This document shows, piece after piece, positions 51,751-63,490 of a DNA stretch of 64,000 bases (positions within the stretch are counted from its first letter, which is position 1; each line of letters opens with the position of its first letter). The notes beneath the pieces were generated by a model. It searched no databases, was not told the DNA's origin, and saw nothing but the letters and a program-made list of their open reading frames with translations. The DNA comes from Squalus acanthias. Lineage: Eukaryota. Location of the stretch: assembly GCA_030390025.1 (NCBI GenBank), contig CM059432.1, forward strand, positions 139,068,001 to 139,132,000, in the 5' to 3' direction. The translations under genes were made by a program, and so were the position numbers.

Positions 51751-54700
51751 GGGCTCGATTTTAATTCCCGAGGCAGGTTTCGTGGTGGGCGGGTTCGGGT
51801 GCCGCTTCCGGCGGGATCAGCTGCAGCTGTCCAATTTTGATTCCATGAGCTTGTTAATTTCACGGAGGCGCGCTGGCCGGTCCAATGAGTGGGATCGGGT
51901 CGGCTGGCTGCCTCTGATGATGTCATAATAGCAGCTGCAATTAAAGCTGCCATCCAGCCTGAGCCTTTCCATTGTGGTTTCCTGCACTTGATTTAAACGC
52001 TATGACTTCTTCCAGAGGCAAGGCAGCTCCTCGTTTTAATGATGAGTCCCTCCAAGTTCTTGTCGATGCTGTCAGAGGGCGCAGGGAGATTCTCTTCCCT
52101 CCTGATGGCCGGAGACGCCTCCTCAGCAGACCAAGGCAGCCTGGCTGCGCATTGCTCAGGAGGTGAGCACAAGGTCCATTTATGCACGCTCATGGATCCA
52201 GTGCCGCAAAAGGTTCAATGATCTTGTGAGAACATCAAAAGTGAGGATCCCATCTCACTTGCCTTCACTCTGCTTCCCTTCTCTTCTCATCACCAGCACT
52301 CTGCGTTGTAAGCCTCCTCCTTCACATCCCACCTTACTCTTACTTCCCTTGCACCCTTTCCTATCCATCTCTGTCTCTGCACTGAATCACTTCACCATCC
52401 TGCCTATGCACCCTTTAGACTCGCTCTCACTGTCATGCAGTGACAACAACTAACAACGCACAGGGAGCTACCTTCCTCTTGGCACCTTACCCCATCTTCG
52501 TCTCACTCAAAGCTTCTATGGTAGGGATTAATCACACTCACTCCATCACTGTGGCTGAAACACCGCTTGTGTCCCTCCTTGCAGGAAAAGATAGCCCACA
52601 ATAAGAGGGAGAGAGCAATGACAGGAGGAGGAACACCTACCCTTGCAACATTGACCAGTGCCGAGGAGGCTGCTAACGAGATTGTTGGAGGTCGCGAGGA
52701 CCTGAAAGTGGGTGATGGAGAGATGGGCACACTAGAGGAAGCTGGTGACATAATAGAGTTTCATCCCTCTCAGAAAGCAATGGAATATAATGTTCATAGA
52801 GAATCGCTTTGTATCATCTGCTCAAAAGGATGTGTCTGCTACATCAATATCAGATGTCTAATTCAAGCCTTTACTCTCACACAAGACCATCAAGCGCCCC
52901 CCTCCCCACGATCCAGGACGAAGATCGGACATCTCCTCAGAGGAACCTGAAGCCTCTGAGGGAGCAGCGTCACCAGGACTCAGCGCACCCTGCACCAGCG
53001 CAGCAACGCACACCTCGGTGGGGCCCTCGCGAGTTAGAGTAGTGTTGCCACCTGGTCTATCACAGCGCACAAGTGAGCATCAGCAGATGATGGAGACAGC
53101 GACAGCAGTGGAGAGTCCTCCTCGGAGGTCGCAGGACTCTCCTAGCTCTGCTCAGCTGCATGCAGACGCTGTGCCTCTGGGGCCATCCAGAAAAAGAGCG
53201 GTTCAAGTGCAGGTGTCTCTGGAAGGGTTTGCCTCCAGGGTTAGTGCGAGTGTGGAGAGAATGGAGGAGTCCATCTCTAACATCAGCACTGCCGTGGTGG
53301 AGGCAATGGCGCATGAACACACCACCATGGATAGGATGGCAACCTCCATGGAAAGGATGGCAACCTCCGTGGAAAGGATGACTACGGCCATGGAGGAAAT
53401 AAGTCGCCAGAGTCAGGAAAACATGGTGACTGTTCAGAATAGAATGACATCTCTGGAGGAGCGATGGGCAGCTATTGAGCAGAGAGACCAGAGCTTCATG
53501 GACGTCCTTTTGAGGAGGGCTGCCAGTGCAGATACAGGTCCTCATGGTCCCCCTGAAGTGCAGCAAGGTGCTCTCCAGCCACTTGCCACCACTAAGGTGC
53601 GGCTGACCCATGAGAGGGATGTTGTTGGCAGGACAGAAGGAAGTGTGGGCTCCTCTCAAAGCGTTCACACAATCATGCCACTGCGGAGCCCTCGGTCAGA
53701 GACCCACTTTGCAGAGACAACCGAGATGGCCGTTTCAGCCCCTGCACAGCCGCAGGAAGAGCAGACTGTTGAAGCGCCCTCCCAGGCTCCCAAACCCAGA
53801 GGACGCCCGCCAAAGGCGTCTAAGCAGGCGCAGCATCCTAGTCAGCAAGGTGCCTCTACATCTGCTGAAGCCACAGGGGAAGCACCACGTAGAAGCACGC
53901 GAAAGAGAAAGATTAAGCACCTATAGTCACAAGGGGACTCACTTGGGTGATGTTTCTTTTTTTTCTGACTCTTGCTGGTTTATTATCCTTTTGTCATGTG
54001 TTAAAGATAAATTATATCAAACAGTTGATTGTGTGGCCTGTGTGTTATGGGAAATGGCAAAAGCACATTGAGGGCTCAGGGCAACTTGCTTTTGTAATGC
54101 TGATGGTAAAAGTGATAGGAAATAACCGGGTATAGCAGAGATGAAGTATGACGTTGGACAAGTGTCACCTGCAATTACAGAGCCATATGGTGGCCACCTA
54201 TGGTCGAAGAGTAAGCTTATGCTAATGTGGCATGGCAGTGTGCATACCCTGGTTGACGGGCAGCAGTGAACTGGAGGGATGCTGCATTGGTCACAACAGG
54301 GCATGCAAGGCGCCCCTCGTCTTCCTCCTCCTCTTCCCAGGAAGATCTGTGCTGAGCCACGCGGCTGCTACTCCCCCGATTATGAGGACCAGGATGAGAG
54401 GGCATAAACGTTTCCCATCCCCTTGCTATAGATTTCATTTGAGGTAACAATCTTGCAAGCGCACAGTCGAAGTGGCCTGAAATATTTCCATTCAGGTCAC
54501 ACTGCAGATGGGTGTCAGCTTGAACAGTCAGAAGGTCAGTAGATGTGCAAAATGTTAGCCCATACCTACAACAGCAAAGTTGTTGCATTTGAATGTCAGC
54601 CATGTTTCAGGGGCGCTTTTAAAGCGCTCCACCAATGCATACAAATCATGTCCTCCAGCAACTCATCTCCTTGAACCTGGCCTGTTTCTGACAAGCCAGG

Positions 54701-54920
54701 AGCATGGAAATGGGAAACCATGGTGAAAATAGGATTAGCAAGGCAGTTAACTGCCTTAACTACCTGTCCCACCAGTTCCAGACTGGTTAGTTTGGGAGCG
54801 GCTAAACAGATACTCACGAAAATCGGGTGGGGGTGGGATGGAGGCGGGTTGGGTGTCTGAAGCCATTTTTTCCGATTTTCACAATAGACCCGCCTCCTCA
54901 GGGCTATTAAAATCAAGCCC
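51751..54920 (+). mobile_element. PIF/Harbinger-type non-autonomous element (3.17 kb)
   Basis: TIRs GGGCTCGATTTTAAT / ATTAAAATCAAGCCC (14/15), 3-bp TSD gat (51748-51750 and 54921-54923), internal Myb/SANT-like gene. Confidence 0.9.
52002..53926 (+). pseudogene. Harbinger Myb/SANT-like (trihelix, NAIF1/MSANTD-type) DNA-binding protein gene, three exons, frameshifted
   Basis: Exon 1, 52002-52240: MTSSRGKAAPRFNDESLQVLVDAV...(1-nt deletion ~52120)...TKAAWLRIAQEVS...RSWIQCRKRFNDL|gt. Exon 2, 52585-52744: ag|EKIAHNKRERAMTGGG...GDGEMG|gt. Exon 3, ~52885-53926, has MERMATS coiled-coil repeats, an AT-hook KPRGRPPK and a basic tail RRSTRKRK. Confidence 0.82.
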
Positions 54921-55044
54921 GATATGTCCACTGATGGGAAAATCCAAAACAAAGTGGCACAATCTTAAAATTAGAGCTAGGACATTTAAAAGTACTTAAG
55001 CACTATTTCACACAAAGGGCACTGGAAGTCTGGAATTCTCTACT

Positions 55045-55250
55045 TCATCTCACCCTATCAGCATACCCTTCTATTCCTTTCTCCCTCATGTGTTTTCTAG
55101 CTTCCCCTTAAATGCATCTATACTATTCGCCTCAACTATTCTCTGTGGTAGCGAGTTCCACATTCTCACCACTCTATGGGTAAAGAAGTTTCTCCTGAAT
55201 TCTTATTTGATATATTAGTGACTATCTTATATTTATGACACTTAATTTTG
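55045..55250 (-). mobile_element. CR1 LINE 3' fragment
   Basis: ttcatctcaccctatcagcatacc...gcgagttccacattctcaccactct...gtaaagaagtttctcc. Confidence 0.8.
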
Positions 55251-55430
55251 GAATTCTTGAGCATAACAATGAGAGCAATATAATAAAAACCGTTCTTAAA
55301 CCATTGCAAGCTCACACCGACATCTGGGGCAGTTGTTCCCTGTATGCCTTAACCTCAAGCTAAGAGCACCACTGCTGCACCAATGCAATATTTCCATTTC
55401 CCGAACAGTTTTGTGCTGTAGGCTCACACC

Positions 55431-55771
55431 CGGGGTGGATTAACACATGGGTCTATGGAGTCCGTGACCATGGGGCCCCAGCCAGATATGGGACCCTTAC
55501 CAGAGACCTCATGCAAATAGGTTTCATTTAAGCGCAGTATATTGTGATGCGATTTAAGTTTAATTTAAGCATAGTATACTGTGATACGATTTACTTTATT
55601 ATTAATGATGTTTTAGTAAACAGTCTATGGGACTATTTCTTCATGCTTTTTACTACGTTTGCGTTCTGATAGATCTGTGGGGTGGGGGGGGGGGGGGGTT
55701 CAGAGAGGTTGCAGAGCGGCCTCAAATGTTTCATGGTTCCCGGGGCCCCCAAGAATTCTTAATCCTCTCTG
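55431..55771. mobile_element. hAT-type MITE
   Basis: Degenerate TIRs cggggtggattaa / ttaatcctctctg, subterminal ggggcccc at both ends, 8-bp TSD ctcacacc / cccacacc (7/8). Confidence 0.7.
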
Positions 55772-56627
55772 CCCACACCGAAGATGATTCAGGTTGAGCC
55801 TGGCCAGTTTCCGTCACACATTGCCGATTTTATCCAGCAAACAAACCTCCATTGCATCAGACTGGGCTGGAGTCAAACCCAGGTCCTAGTGCTGATAAGA
55901 TTGTACTAGTCCTCCATGCTACCAAATCCCCCCCCCCTGCCAAAGACAATATTCTTGCAAGCTGTGGTGGAACAGCTCACATTGCCACAGACACCAATGG
56001 ATCAAAGCAGAAAGGAAGTGCTGGTAGCAGCTGAAAGAAGTGGTTTTATGGACACAACAAAAGATTACCCTGTGGGTTTAATCATATCTTACAAGGCTCT
56101 ACAGGGATAGGTACTGCACTGAATTTCTCCATTTTGCTTCTACCTTACCAACAGTATATGAAGCATAACAAAAATGTTATCTATCTATAACCTGAAAATT
56201 GGAGTCAAATATCGGTGGTTTTATAACATTAGTGGGCAGAAATCTAATATTCAGTATCACTGAAATGATTGACTGAAGCAAGTGGCCCTCAACAGTCAAT
56301 ACTATTTTCCTGTCGGACATCTCTTCATTCAGTTGTATTTTAATGCTTTGAGCCATAAATAATTTTATATTACACCTCAAAATGTAAAACTAGTTAATAG
56401 AGTGATGGAGGGCATAATTTCACAGGGAAGCAAGGAGACCTGTTAATACAATTTTTACCCAATCAATAAAAATATATTTGCATTTATCTTATTACGTTGT
56501 CAAAATGTCTTTAAAAAAATGTTTTTTCGCACTCTGAATTACTCTTGGGAGTGAAATGACTGTTGTTATGGCAGCCAGTGCAGTAGCCATTTTATGTTCG
56601 TAACGTCCAACAAACAGCAATAAGATG

Positions 56628-58046
56628 TTCAAAAAAGGCTGCAAGGATAAACCCAAAAACTACAGGCCAATCAGCTTAACCTCTGTGGTAGGGAAGCTTT
56701 TAGAAACGATAATCCAGGAAAAAATTAACAGTCACTTGGACAAGTGTGGATTAATTAAGGGAAGCCAGCACAGATTTGCTAAAGGCAAATCGTGGTTAAC
56801 TAACTTGATTGAATTTTTTGATGAGGTAACTAATCGAGAGGGTTGATGTGGTGTACGTCGACTGCCAAAAAGCATTTGATAAAGTGCTACATAATAGGCT
56901 TGCCAGCAAAGTTGAAGCCCATGGAATAAAAAGGACAAAGGCAGCATGGATACAAAATTGGCTAAGTGACAGGAAACAGAGAGTAGTGGTGAACGGTTGT
57001 TTATCGGACTGGAGGAAGGTATACAGTGGTGTTCCCCAGGGGTCAGTACTAGGACCACTGCTTTTCTTGATATATATTAATGACTTGGACTTGGGTGTAC
57101 AGGGCACTATTTCAAAGTGTGCAGATGACACAAAACTTGGAAGCACAGTGAACAGTGAGGAGGATAGGGATAGACTTCAAGAGGACACAGACAGGCTGGT
57201 GGAATGGGCGGACACGTAGCAGATGAAATTTAATGCAGAAAAGTGCGAAGTGATACATTTTGGCAGGAAGAACGAGGAGAGGCAATATAAACTAAAGGGT
57301 ACCATTCTAAAGGGGGTGCAGGAACAGAGAGACCTGGGGGTATATGTGCACAAATCGTTGAAGGTGGCAGGGCAGGTTGGGAAAGCAGTTAAAAAAGCAT
57401 ACAGGATCCTGGACTTTATAAGTAGAGGCATAGAGTACAAAAGCAAGGAAGTTATGATGAACCTTTATAAAACACTGGTTCAGCCTCAACTGGAGTATTG
57501 TGTCCAATTCTGGGCACTGCACTTTAGGAAGGATGTGAAAGCCTTAGAGAGGTGCAGAAAAGATTTACAAGAATGGTTCCAGGGATGAGGGACTTCAGTT
57601 ACGTGGATAGACTGGAGAAGCTGGGGTTGTTCTCCTTTAAGCAGAGAAGGTTGAGAGGAGATTTGATAGAGGTGTTCAAAATCATGAGGGGTCTAGACAG
57701 AGTAGATAGAGAGAAACTGTTCCCATTGGCGGAAGGGTCGAGAACCAGAGGACACAGATTTAAGGTGATTGGCAGAAGATCCAAAGGCAACATGAGGAAA
57801 AACTTTTTTACGCAGCGAGTGGTTAGGATCTGGAATTCACTGCCTGAAAGGATGGTGGAGGCAGATTCAATCGTGGCTTTCAAAAGGGAATTGGTTAAGT
57901 ACCTGAAGGAAAAAAAATTGCAGGGCTACAGAGAAAGGGCAGGGGAGTGGGACCAGCTGAATTGCTCTTGCAGAGAGCCGACACGGGCTCGACGGGTCGA
58001 ATGGCCTCCTTACTGTGCTGTAACGATTCTATGAATCTATTCTATG
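56628..58046 (+). mobile_element. CR1 LINE, 5'-truncated, RT domain and C-terminus (disrupted)
   Basis: NYRPISLTSVVGKLLE, KAFDKV, SGVPQGSVLGPLLFLIYINDL, ADDTKL, LEYCVQFW, TRGHRFKV; (attctatga)-type tail; 6-bp direct repeat aagatg at both ends; inserted into an older minus-strand SINE. Confidence 0.93.
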
Positions 58047-58064
58047 AAGATGAATAAACAGTTA

Positions 58065-58195
58065 ATTGCACAAATTGACTGCCGCGTTTCCTACAACAGT
58101 GACTGCACTTTTTTTTTTTTAAAGTACTTCATTGGCTGTAAAGTACTTTGGGACATCCTGAGGCCATGAACAGCACTATATAAATGCAAGTTCTT
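58065..58195 (+). mobile_element. Deu-domain SINE 3' fragment
   Basis: gcacaaattgactgccgcgtttcctacaacagtgact...tatataaatgcaagttc. Confidence 0.75.
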
Positions 58196-58419
58196 TCTTT
58201 CTTTTGTTCTTTAACCTTTTTTTGTGGTATTCATCAAGGGAGGAATTTTAGTCAAACACCAAAACTTCTGCTTCTCCTCTGAACAATGACATGGGAACTT
58301 TAACATCCACTTGAAAAGGTAAGCATTACCAACAGAAGGAAGCCCTTCCAATTCTCAGTAGCCCATTGTTACTCCTAACAAATTCAATGTTCCCTTTTCT
58401 CCAAGCCACTGTCACAAGT

Positions 58420-59475
58420 ACAGATGCAAAAGGCCATTAAATCTATTTTAGTTCATCCATCCACAAGCACCTTACACTCCACGTTGCATCATCTATTTTT
58501 TTTCTTAAATAATCCCACGGTTTTTGTCTCTCCCTCTCTATCCAAAAGTCCATTCCAAGTATTGACTGTTCTTTGTGTAAAGAAGATGATTTCCTGATAT
58601 CGGTCCTAAATCTGCCTTTTTCCTAGTTTGCACCCGCATCCCCTTGTCCTACTCTCAGAATTTAGTTGAAAGCAGTATTCCATATTTATAATTTCCATAC
58701 CTTTTACGACCACATATGTCCCTTTAAGATCATCTCTCGGTCTCCCCCTTCCAAGGGCTAAAAAGCCTAAGTTTCTCCAGTCTCTCTTCATAATTCAGAC
58801 CTCTGACATAAGGCATCAGCCTTGTGCCTTTGCCTGAACTGCCTCCGGTGCTTGAATTGGGCTCTTTTGTGTCTCAGTGAACAGAGCTTGACATGGCACT
58901 CTAGGTGTCGTCTGACAAGTACACTATGCAGTTTGAGGATGATTTCCTTTGACTTGTATTCCATTGTTCTGGCTATATAGTTTAGCATTATATGAGTTTC
59001 ATAGATTGCTGCTCTCCAGTGATAAGAGCATCAAGTCTAATACCCTAGATCTCTTTCAATTTCACCCTTAGTTATCTCAACACCACTCATAGAGCACTTG
59101 TGTTATCCATTTTCAATTCCTATGTGCAGTATTTAACATTTGGCCTCATTAAGTTTCATCTGCCGTTATTCTGCCCACTTACACATTTTGTTCAACTCAC
59201 TTTGCAGTTCTCAAGCTGCCTCAGATTCAACTGCCCTTCTATAATTTGGAATTATTTTCAAATTTATCAAATTGCCTTGAGTGTTTAAATCCCAAGTCTT
59301 TGATGTAAATGAAAAACCTTTGTGGTCCCAATACCAATCCCTGGGTCACCTCACTCAGCACTCTTTCCCACGCACCACCCCCCACCCCTCCACTGCAACC
59401 TAACTCCTAAAAAGCACCCACTGCTTTTTTGCTCTTCAACCAATTTCTTATGCATTCCCAGTATTTACCCTGAAT
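58420..59475 (-). mobile_element. Old degenerate CR1 LINE 3' portion
   Basis: Fragments MEYKSKEIILKLHSVLVRRHLEC.V and GR.RDDL...ESRTRGC..KL. Confidence 0.7.
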
Positions 59476-60069
59476 AGGAGTCCAATAAGGAGTAACGCGT
59501 ATTGCATCAGCAACCTGCCGCCCAATTTATTAATTTGTTTAGGTCAGTGATAGCACGAACAGCTTACTTCACAAGCACTACCACTAAAAAAAAAGTCTTT
59601 CGACAAGACTACGGAAAGTAAGATTTAAGCCCAGAACCTTCCCCGGTGTGTTCCCTGGTTAACTGCTGAAGATATAATCGCAATATATGGAAAGGCAGCC
59701 AAATACTTGCCTATTTAAAATGTGCATATACCGCTGATGACTGCAAATACTTTTCTGGGCAGCAGCAGTATTTCCATCAGCAAATAAAGCCATTAATCTG
59801 CCAAAATGCAAATCAAGGGGGAAGAATAAAAACCACGCTCTAGATCATCGGAAAAAAGCAGTATTTTACAGATAGTGGTGCAGTAACTCAATTTCCCCTG
59901 CGATCTTCCTGTTTTTGGGCAACTTTCCAGCAGCTTTGAGATCAATCTTACCAAGGCCACCATACTAAGTGTGGTATCATAGGCAGAGAAGGTATCACTC
60001 TTTTAGTTTACACAAGTTGCACAGATTTTATTGATATTAACGGTTAGTAAGAATGATTTTTTACACAGC

Positions 60070-60322
60070 ATTACATAGAATTTACAGCACAGAAACAGGC
60101 CATTCGGCCCAACCAGTCCATGGCGGCATTTACGCTCCACTGGGGCCTCCTCCCATCCTTCCTCATCCAACTCTATCAGCATAACCCTCTATTCCCTTCT
60201 CCCTCATATGCTTGTCTAGCTTCCCCTTAAAAGCATCTATACTATTCGCTTCAACCACTCCCTGTGGTAGCGAGTTCCACATTCACACCACTCTCTGGGT
60301 AAAGAGGTTTCTTCTGAATTCC
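60070..60322 (-). mobile_element. CR1 LINE 3' fragment
   Basis: ttacatagaatttacagcacagaaacaggccattcggccc...gcgagttccacattc. Confidence 0.82.
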
Positions 60323-60845
60323 CTTTTTTTTTAAATTCATTCCTGGGATGTGGGCATCGCTGGCAAGGCCAGCATTTATTGCCCAACCCGAATTGCCCTT
60401 GAGAAGGTGGTGGTGAGCCGCATTCTTGAACCACTGCAGTCCGTATGGTGAAGATACTCCCACAGTGCTGCTAGGGAGAGAGTTCCAGGATTTTGAACCA
60501 CCGATGATGAAGGAACGGCCTATATATTTCCAAGTCAGGATGGTGTGTGACTTGGAGGGGAACTTGGAGGTGATGGTGTTCCCACGCGCCTGCTGCCCTT
60601 GTCCTTCTAGGTGGAAGAGGTTGCGGGTTTGGGAGATGCTGCCGAAGAAGCCTTGGCGAGTTGCTGCAGTGCATCTTGTAGATGGTACACACTGCAGCAA
60701 CGGTGCGCGGTGGTGGAGGGAGTGAATGTTTAAGGTGGTGGATGGGGTGCCAATCAAGTGGGCTGCTTTGTCATGGAGGGTGTTAAACTTCGAGTGTTGT
60801 TGGAGCTGCACTCATCCAGGCAAGTGGAGTGTATTCCATCACATT
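60323..60845 (-). mobile_element. 3' fragment of the 38274-41517 LINE family
   Basis: Near-identical to 38283-38800; A-tail at ~60324-60332. Confidence 0.88.
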
Positions 60846-60849
60846 CCTG

Positions 60850-61155
60850 CCTCCCACCTTCAGTTCATTCAAAATTCAGCTGCCCATATCCTAACTCACA
60901 CCGAGTCCTGTTCGTCCATCACCCCTGTGCTCGCCGACCTACATTGGCTCCCGGTCCGGCAACGCACTCGATTTTAAAATTCTCATCCTTGTTTTCTGAT
61001 CCCTCCATGGCCTCGCCCCTCCCTAGCTCTGTAACCTCCTCCAGCCCCACAACCCTCTGGGATCTCTGCGCTTCTTCAAGTCTGGCCTCTTGTACATCCC
61101 CGATTTTCATCGCTCCACCACTGGCGGCCGTGCCTTCAGTTGTCTGGGGCCTAAA
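60850..61155 (+). mobile_element. L2 LINE fragment
   Basis: LQFIQNSAAHILT...ITPVLADLHWLPVRQR. Confidence 0.85.
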
Positions 61156-61307
61156 CCCTCTTTCACCACCAGTTCACTCTTGTAGCATAAGCACATCTAC
61201 TGCGAGAAGCTCCCAAGTTTGAATGTCTCGCTATCCGCTTGAAACAGTTCTCTTTTACCATACCCCACTCCACCTTCACACATGGACTTTTTCAATGCTA
61301 CCTCTCA

Positions 61308-62058
61308 GGGGGAGAAATTCAGCATCGCCCCATTTGGGGCACTAACTTTTGAAAGCTGAAAAAATTAGCGCCAGGCGCTAATGATTCTCAGCTTTCTCCA
61401 AATTCGGTGTTGGCGCTCCAGGAAGGAAGTGGAGCGCTAGATCAAGTGCTCCACTTCCTTCCTGGAGCGCTAAAGGACGCAGGCGGGGCGGTAGTGGTGC
61501 AGCGCTGCACAATGTCCCGGGCAGCACTGCCGAGATCCGAGGCTCCTTCCCTCCATTAAAGGGAAGGACCATCGCTGCAGGCTCTGCATTGGGACCAGTC
61601 AGCTGGTCCCCGACGGCAGCCGCGATCTGGCCCGATCAGCCCCATGCACTCCAGCAGAGTGCCGGGCTGATCGATCGCGGACGATGAAAAATGCATAAAA
61701 ATTGAAATAATGCATTGCAACAATTTTTATACTTACCACGCCAACATCCCCTTTAACTTGCACCCCCGATGCGCCCGGCCTCTCGAACAACGCCTCCTGC
61801 AGCGGTCGATGTTGTTGCCAGGCGATGCTGCAGGGGGCAGGAACCGAAGTTCGGGTCCGGGACGCTACCGGGGTCATGCGCAGGACAATGACGTCACGAT
61901 CTCCGGGCGCAGGAGATCGTGGCGCAATGTGTTACCGTCGCCGCAAACCTCTCAGCCAATTTGGCGGGAGTCGTTCATTTCGCCGCGCCCGGTAGGCAAG
62001 TCGTTATCGCCCCCCGGAGGTGACAACGGGAGGCGCTAAGGAGGCCAATTTCTAGGCC
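61308..62058. mobile_element. Harbinger-type MITE (751 bp, GC/CpG-rich)
   Basis: Ends GGGGGAGAAATT / AATTTCTAGGCC; 3-bp TSD tca (61305-61307 and 62059-62061); internal hairpin gcgctccaggaaggaagtggagc...gctccacttccttcctggagcgc. Confidence 0.82.
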
Positions 62059-62699
62059 TCAGTAAATTACAACCCTCATTTCTGTTTCAATTTTTACAGG
62101 ATAAAGCAGGTCACAAATTGTAGCGCAACACAACAGAAAGGTTGGGAACCCTCCATAAAAGGATCTCACCCCCTTCAAGAGCAGGCGATTTCCATCTAGG
62201 GACCGTGATTCCCGGAGATTGCAGGAGATGGAGAAGTTGGAAGTGCTAGTATCCCAAGACCACTTCTAGAGCACTACAATAAAAGATCCTATGAGAAAAA
62301 CTCTCGCACAATATTTCCAGGAGCACTGAAAACATGCAAGACTCTTGCTTATCCAACATCAGTGTAAATATTCTAAGTTCTTTTGTCACCCTATCCTTTT
62401 TATGTCTTTATAGGATCTCCTCAGGCTTCCCAAGCTGGTCCTCCCAGGACTCACCTGGACAACATCCCCAAGAGAAGTACCAGCCTACCTAGCACTCCAT
62501 CATTGCACTTACCCACTTCCACCCTGGAAGGTTCAAACAAACATGAAATTGACGGGCAGGAAAAGACCATCTGGTCCATCAAGCCTGCCTCACACCATGA
62601 TGGCTGGAGCATCAGGACTAAAAACGTCCTCGCTCCATTTAATTATTTTATAGGGCTCTATCAGGTCACCTCTAAGTCTACACTGCTCTAAAGTAAATA

Positions 62700-62931
62700 A
62701 AAATGAGAAGTCGCACAACACCAGGTTATAGTCCAACAGATTTATTTAATTTTACAAGCTTTCGGAGCTGTCGCTCCTTCGTTGCTAACTTCATTGCTAA
62801 CTTACCTGACGAAGGAGCGACAGCTCCGAAAGCTTGTAAAATTAAATAAATCTGTTGGACTATAACCTGGTGTTGTGCGACTTCTCATTTTTGTCCACCC
62901 CAGTCCAACGCCGGCATCTCCACATCATGAC
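62700..62931 (+). mobile_element. Penelope-type mini insertion: inverted plus direct copy of the terminal region
   Basis: 14-bp TSD ctctaaagtaaata (62686-62699 and 62932-62945); perfect 84-bp inverted repeat (62699-62782 / 62809-62892); same 3' end as 16823-16947. Confidence 0.9.
62802..62839 (+). ncRNA. Minimal type I hammerhead ribozyme motif, core intact
   Basis: ttac-CTGACGA-a-GGAGC gaca GCTCC-GAAA-gc-TT-gtaa: 4-bp stem I, perfect 5-bp stem II, palindromic AAGCTT stem III; predicted cleavage after CUU at 62835. Confidence 0.78.
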
Positions 62932-63093
62932 CTCTAAAGTAAATAGGCAAAGGTGCTTGAGCCTAAACAGCAGGAAGGCAACACCAATGGTGAGTCACAG
63001 TGGACAGGAGAAGAACAGATGGAGGGTGAGGAACAGGGAAACCCTCATTGGAGGATGAGGTCACCCTCCCTTCCCAGTTGCTGAGATCATGGA

Positions 63094-63490
63094 AACAACA
63101 ACAACAACTTGCATTTAGATAGCACCTTTAATGTAGTAAAACGTCCCAGGGCGCTTCACAGGAGCGATTATCAGACAAGAATTTGACACCGAGTCACAAA
63201 AGGAGATATTAGGACAGATGACCAAAAGTTTGGTCAAAGAGGTAGGTTTTAAGAAGTGTCTTAAAGGAGGAGAGAAGGGTAGAGAGCCGGAGAGGTTTAA
63301 GGAGGGAATTCCAGAGCTTAGGGCTCAGGCAGCTGAAGGCACGGCCGCGATTAAAATCGGGGATGCGCAAGAGGCCAGAATTGGAGGAGCGCAGATATCT
63401 CGGAGGGTTGTAGGACTGAAGGAGGTTACAGAGACAGGGAGGGGGTGAGGCCATGGAGGGATTTGAAAATAATGATGAGAATTTTAAATT
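63094..63490 (-). mobile_element. L2 LINE 3' portion
   Basis: LCNLLQSYNPPRYLRSSNSGLL..LWNSL..FKTLLKTYLF; (caa)n tail. Confidence 0.9.

Larger units (their letters stand above)
50995..55040 (+). mobile_element. Old CR1 LINE 3' portion split by a Harbinger insertion (CR1 at 50995-51750 and 54921-55040)
   Basis: SGVPQGS.LGP and FADD-coding remnants; HKLGLYSL...GDIIEVFKMINGFDRVD; CR1 sequence resumes after 54920. Confidence 0.82.

Noticed and set aside
53018..53926. 302-aa ORF as a stand-alone or domesticated host gene
   Set aside because: It lies inside TIRs with a TSD, and its upstream exon is frameshifted; it is the last exon of a transposon gene.
54217..54603. Harbinger transposase remnant on the minus strand
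   Set aside because: Only an acidic run is visible; no recognisable DDE motifs.
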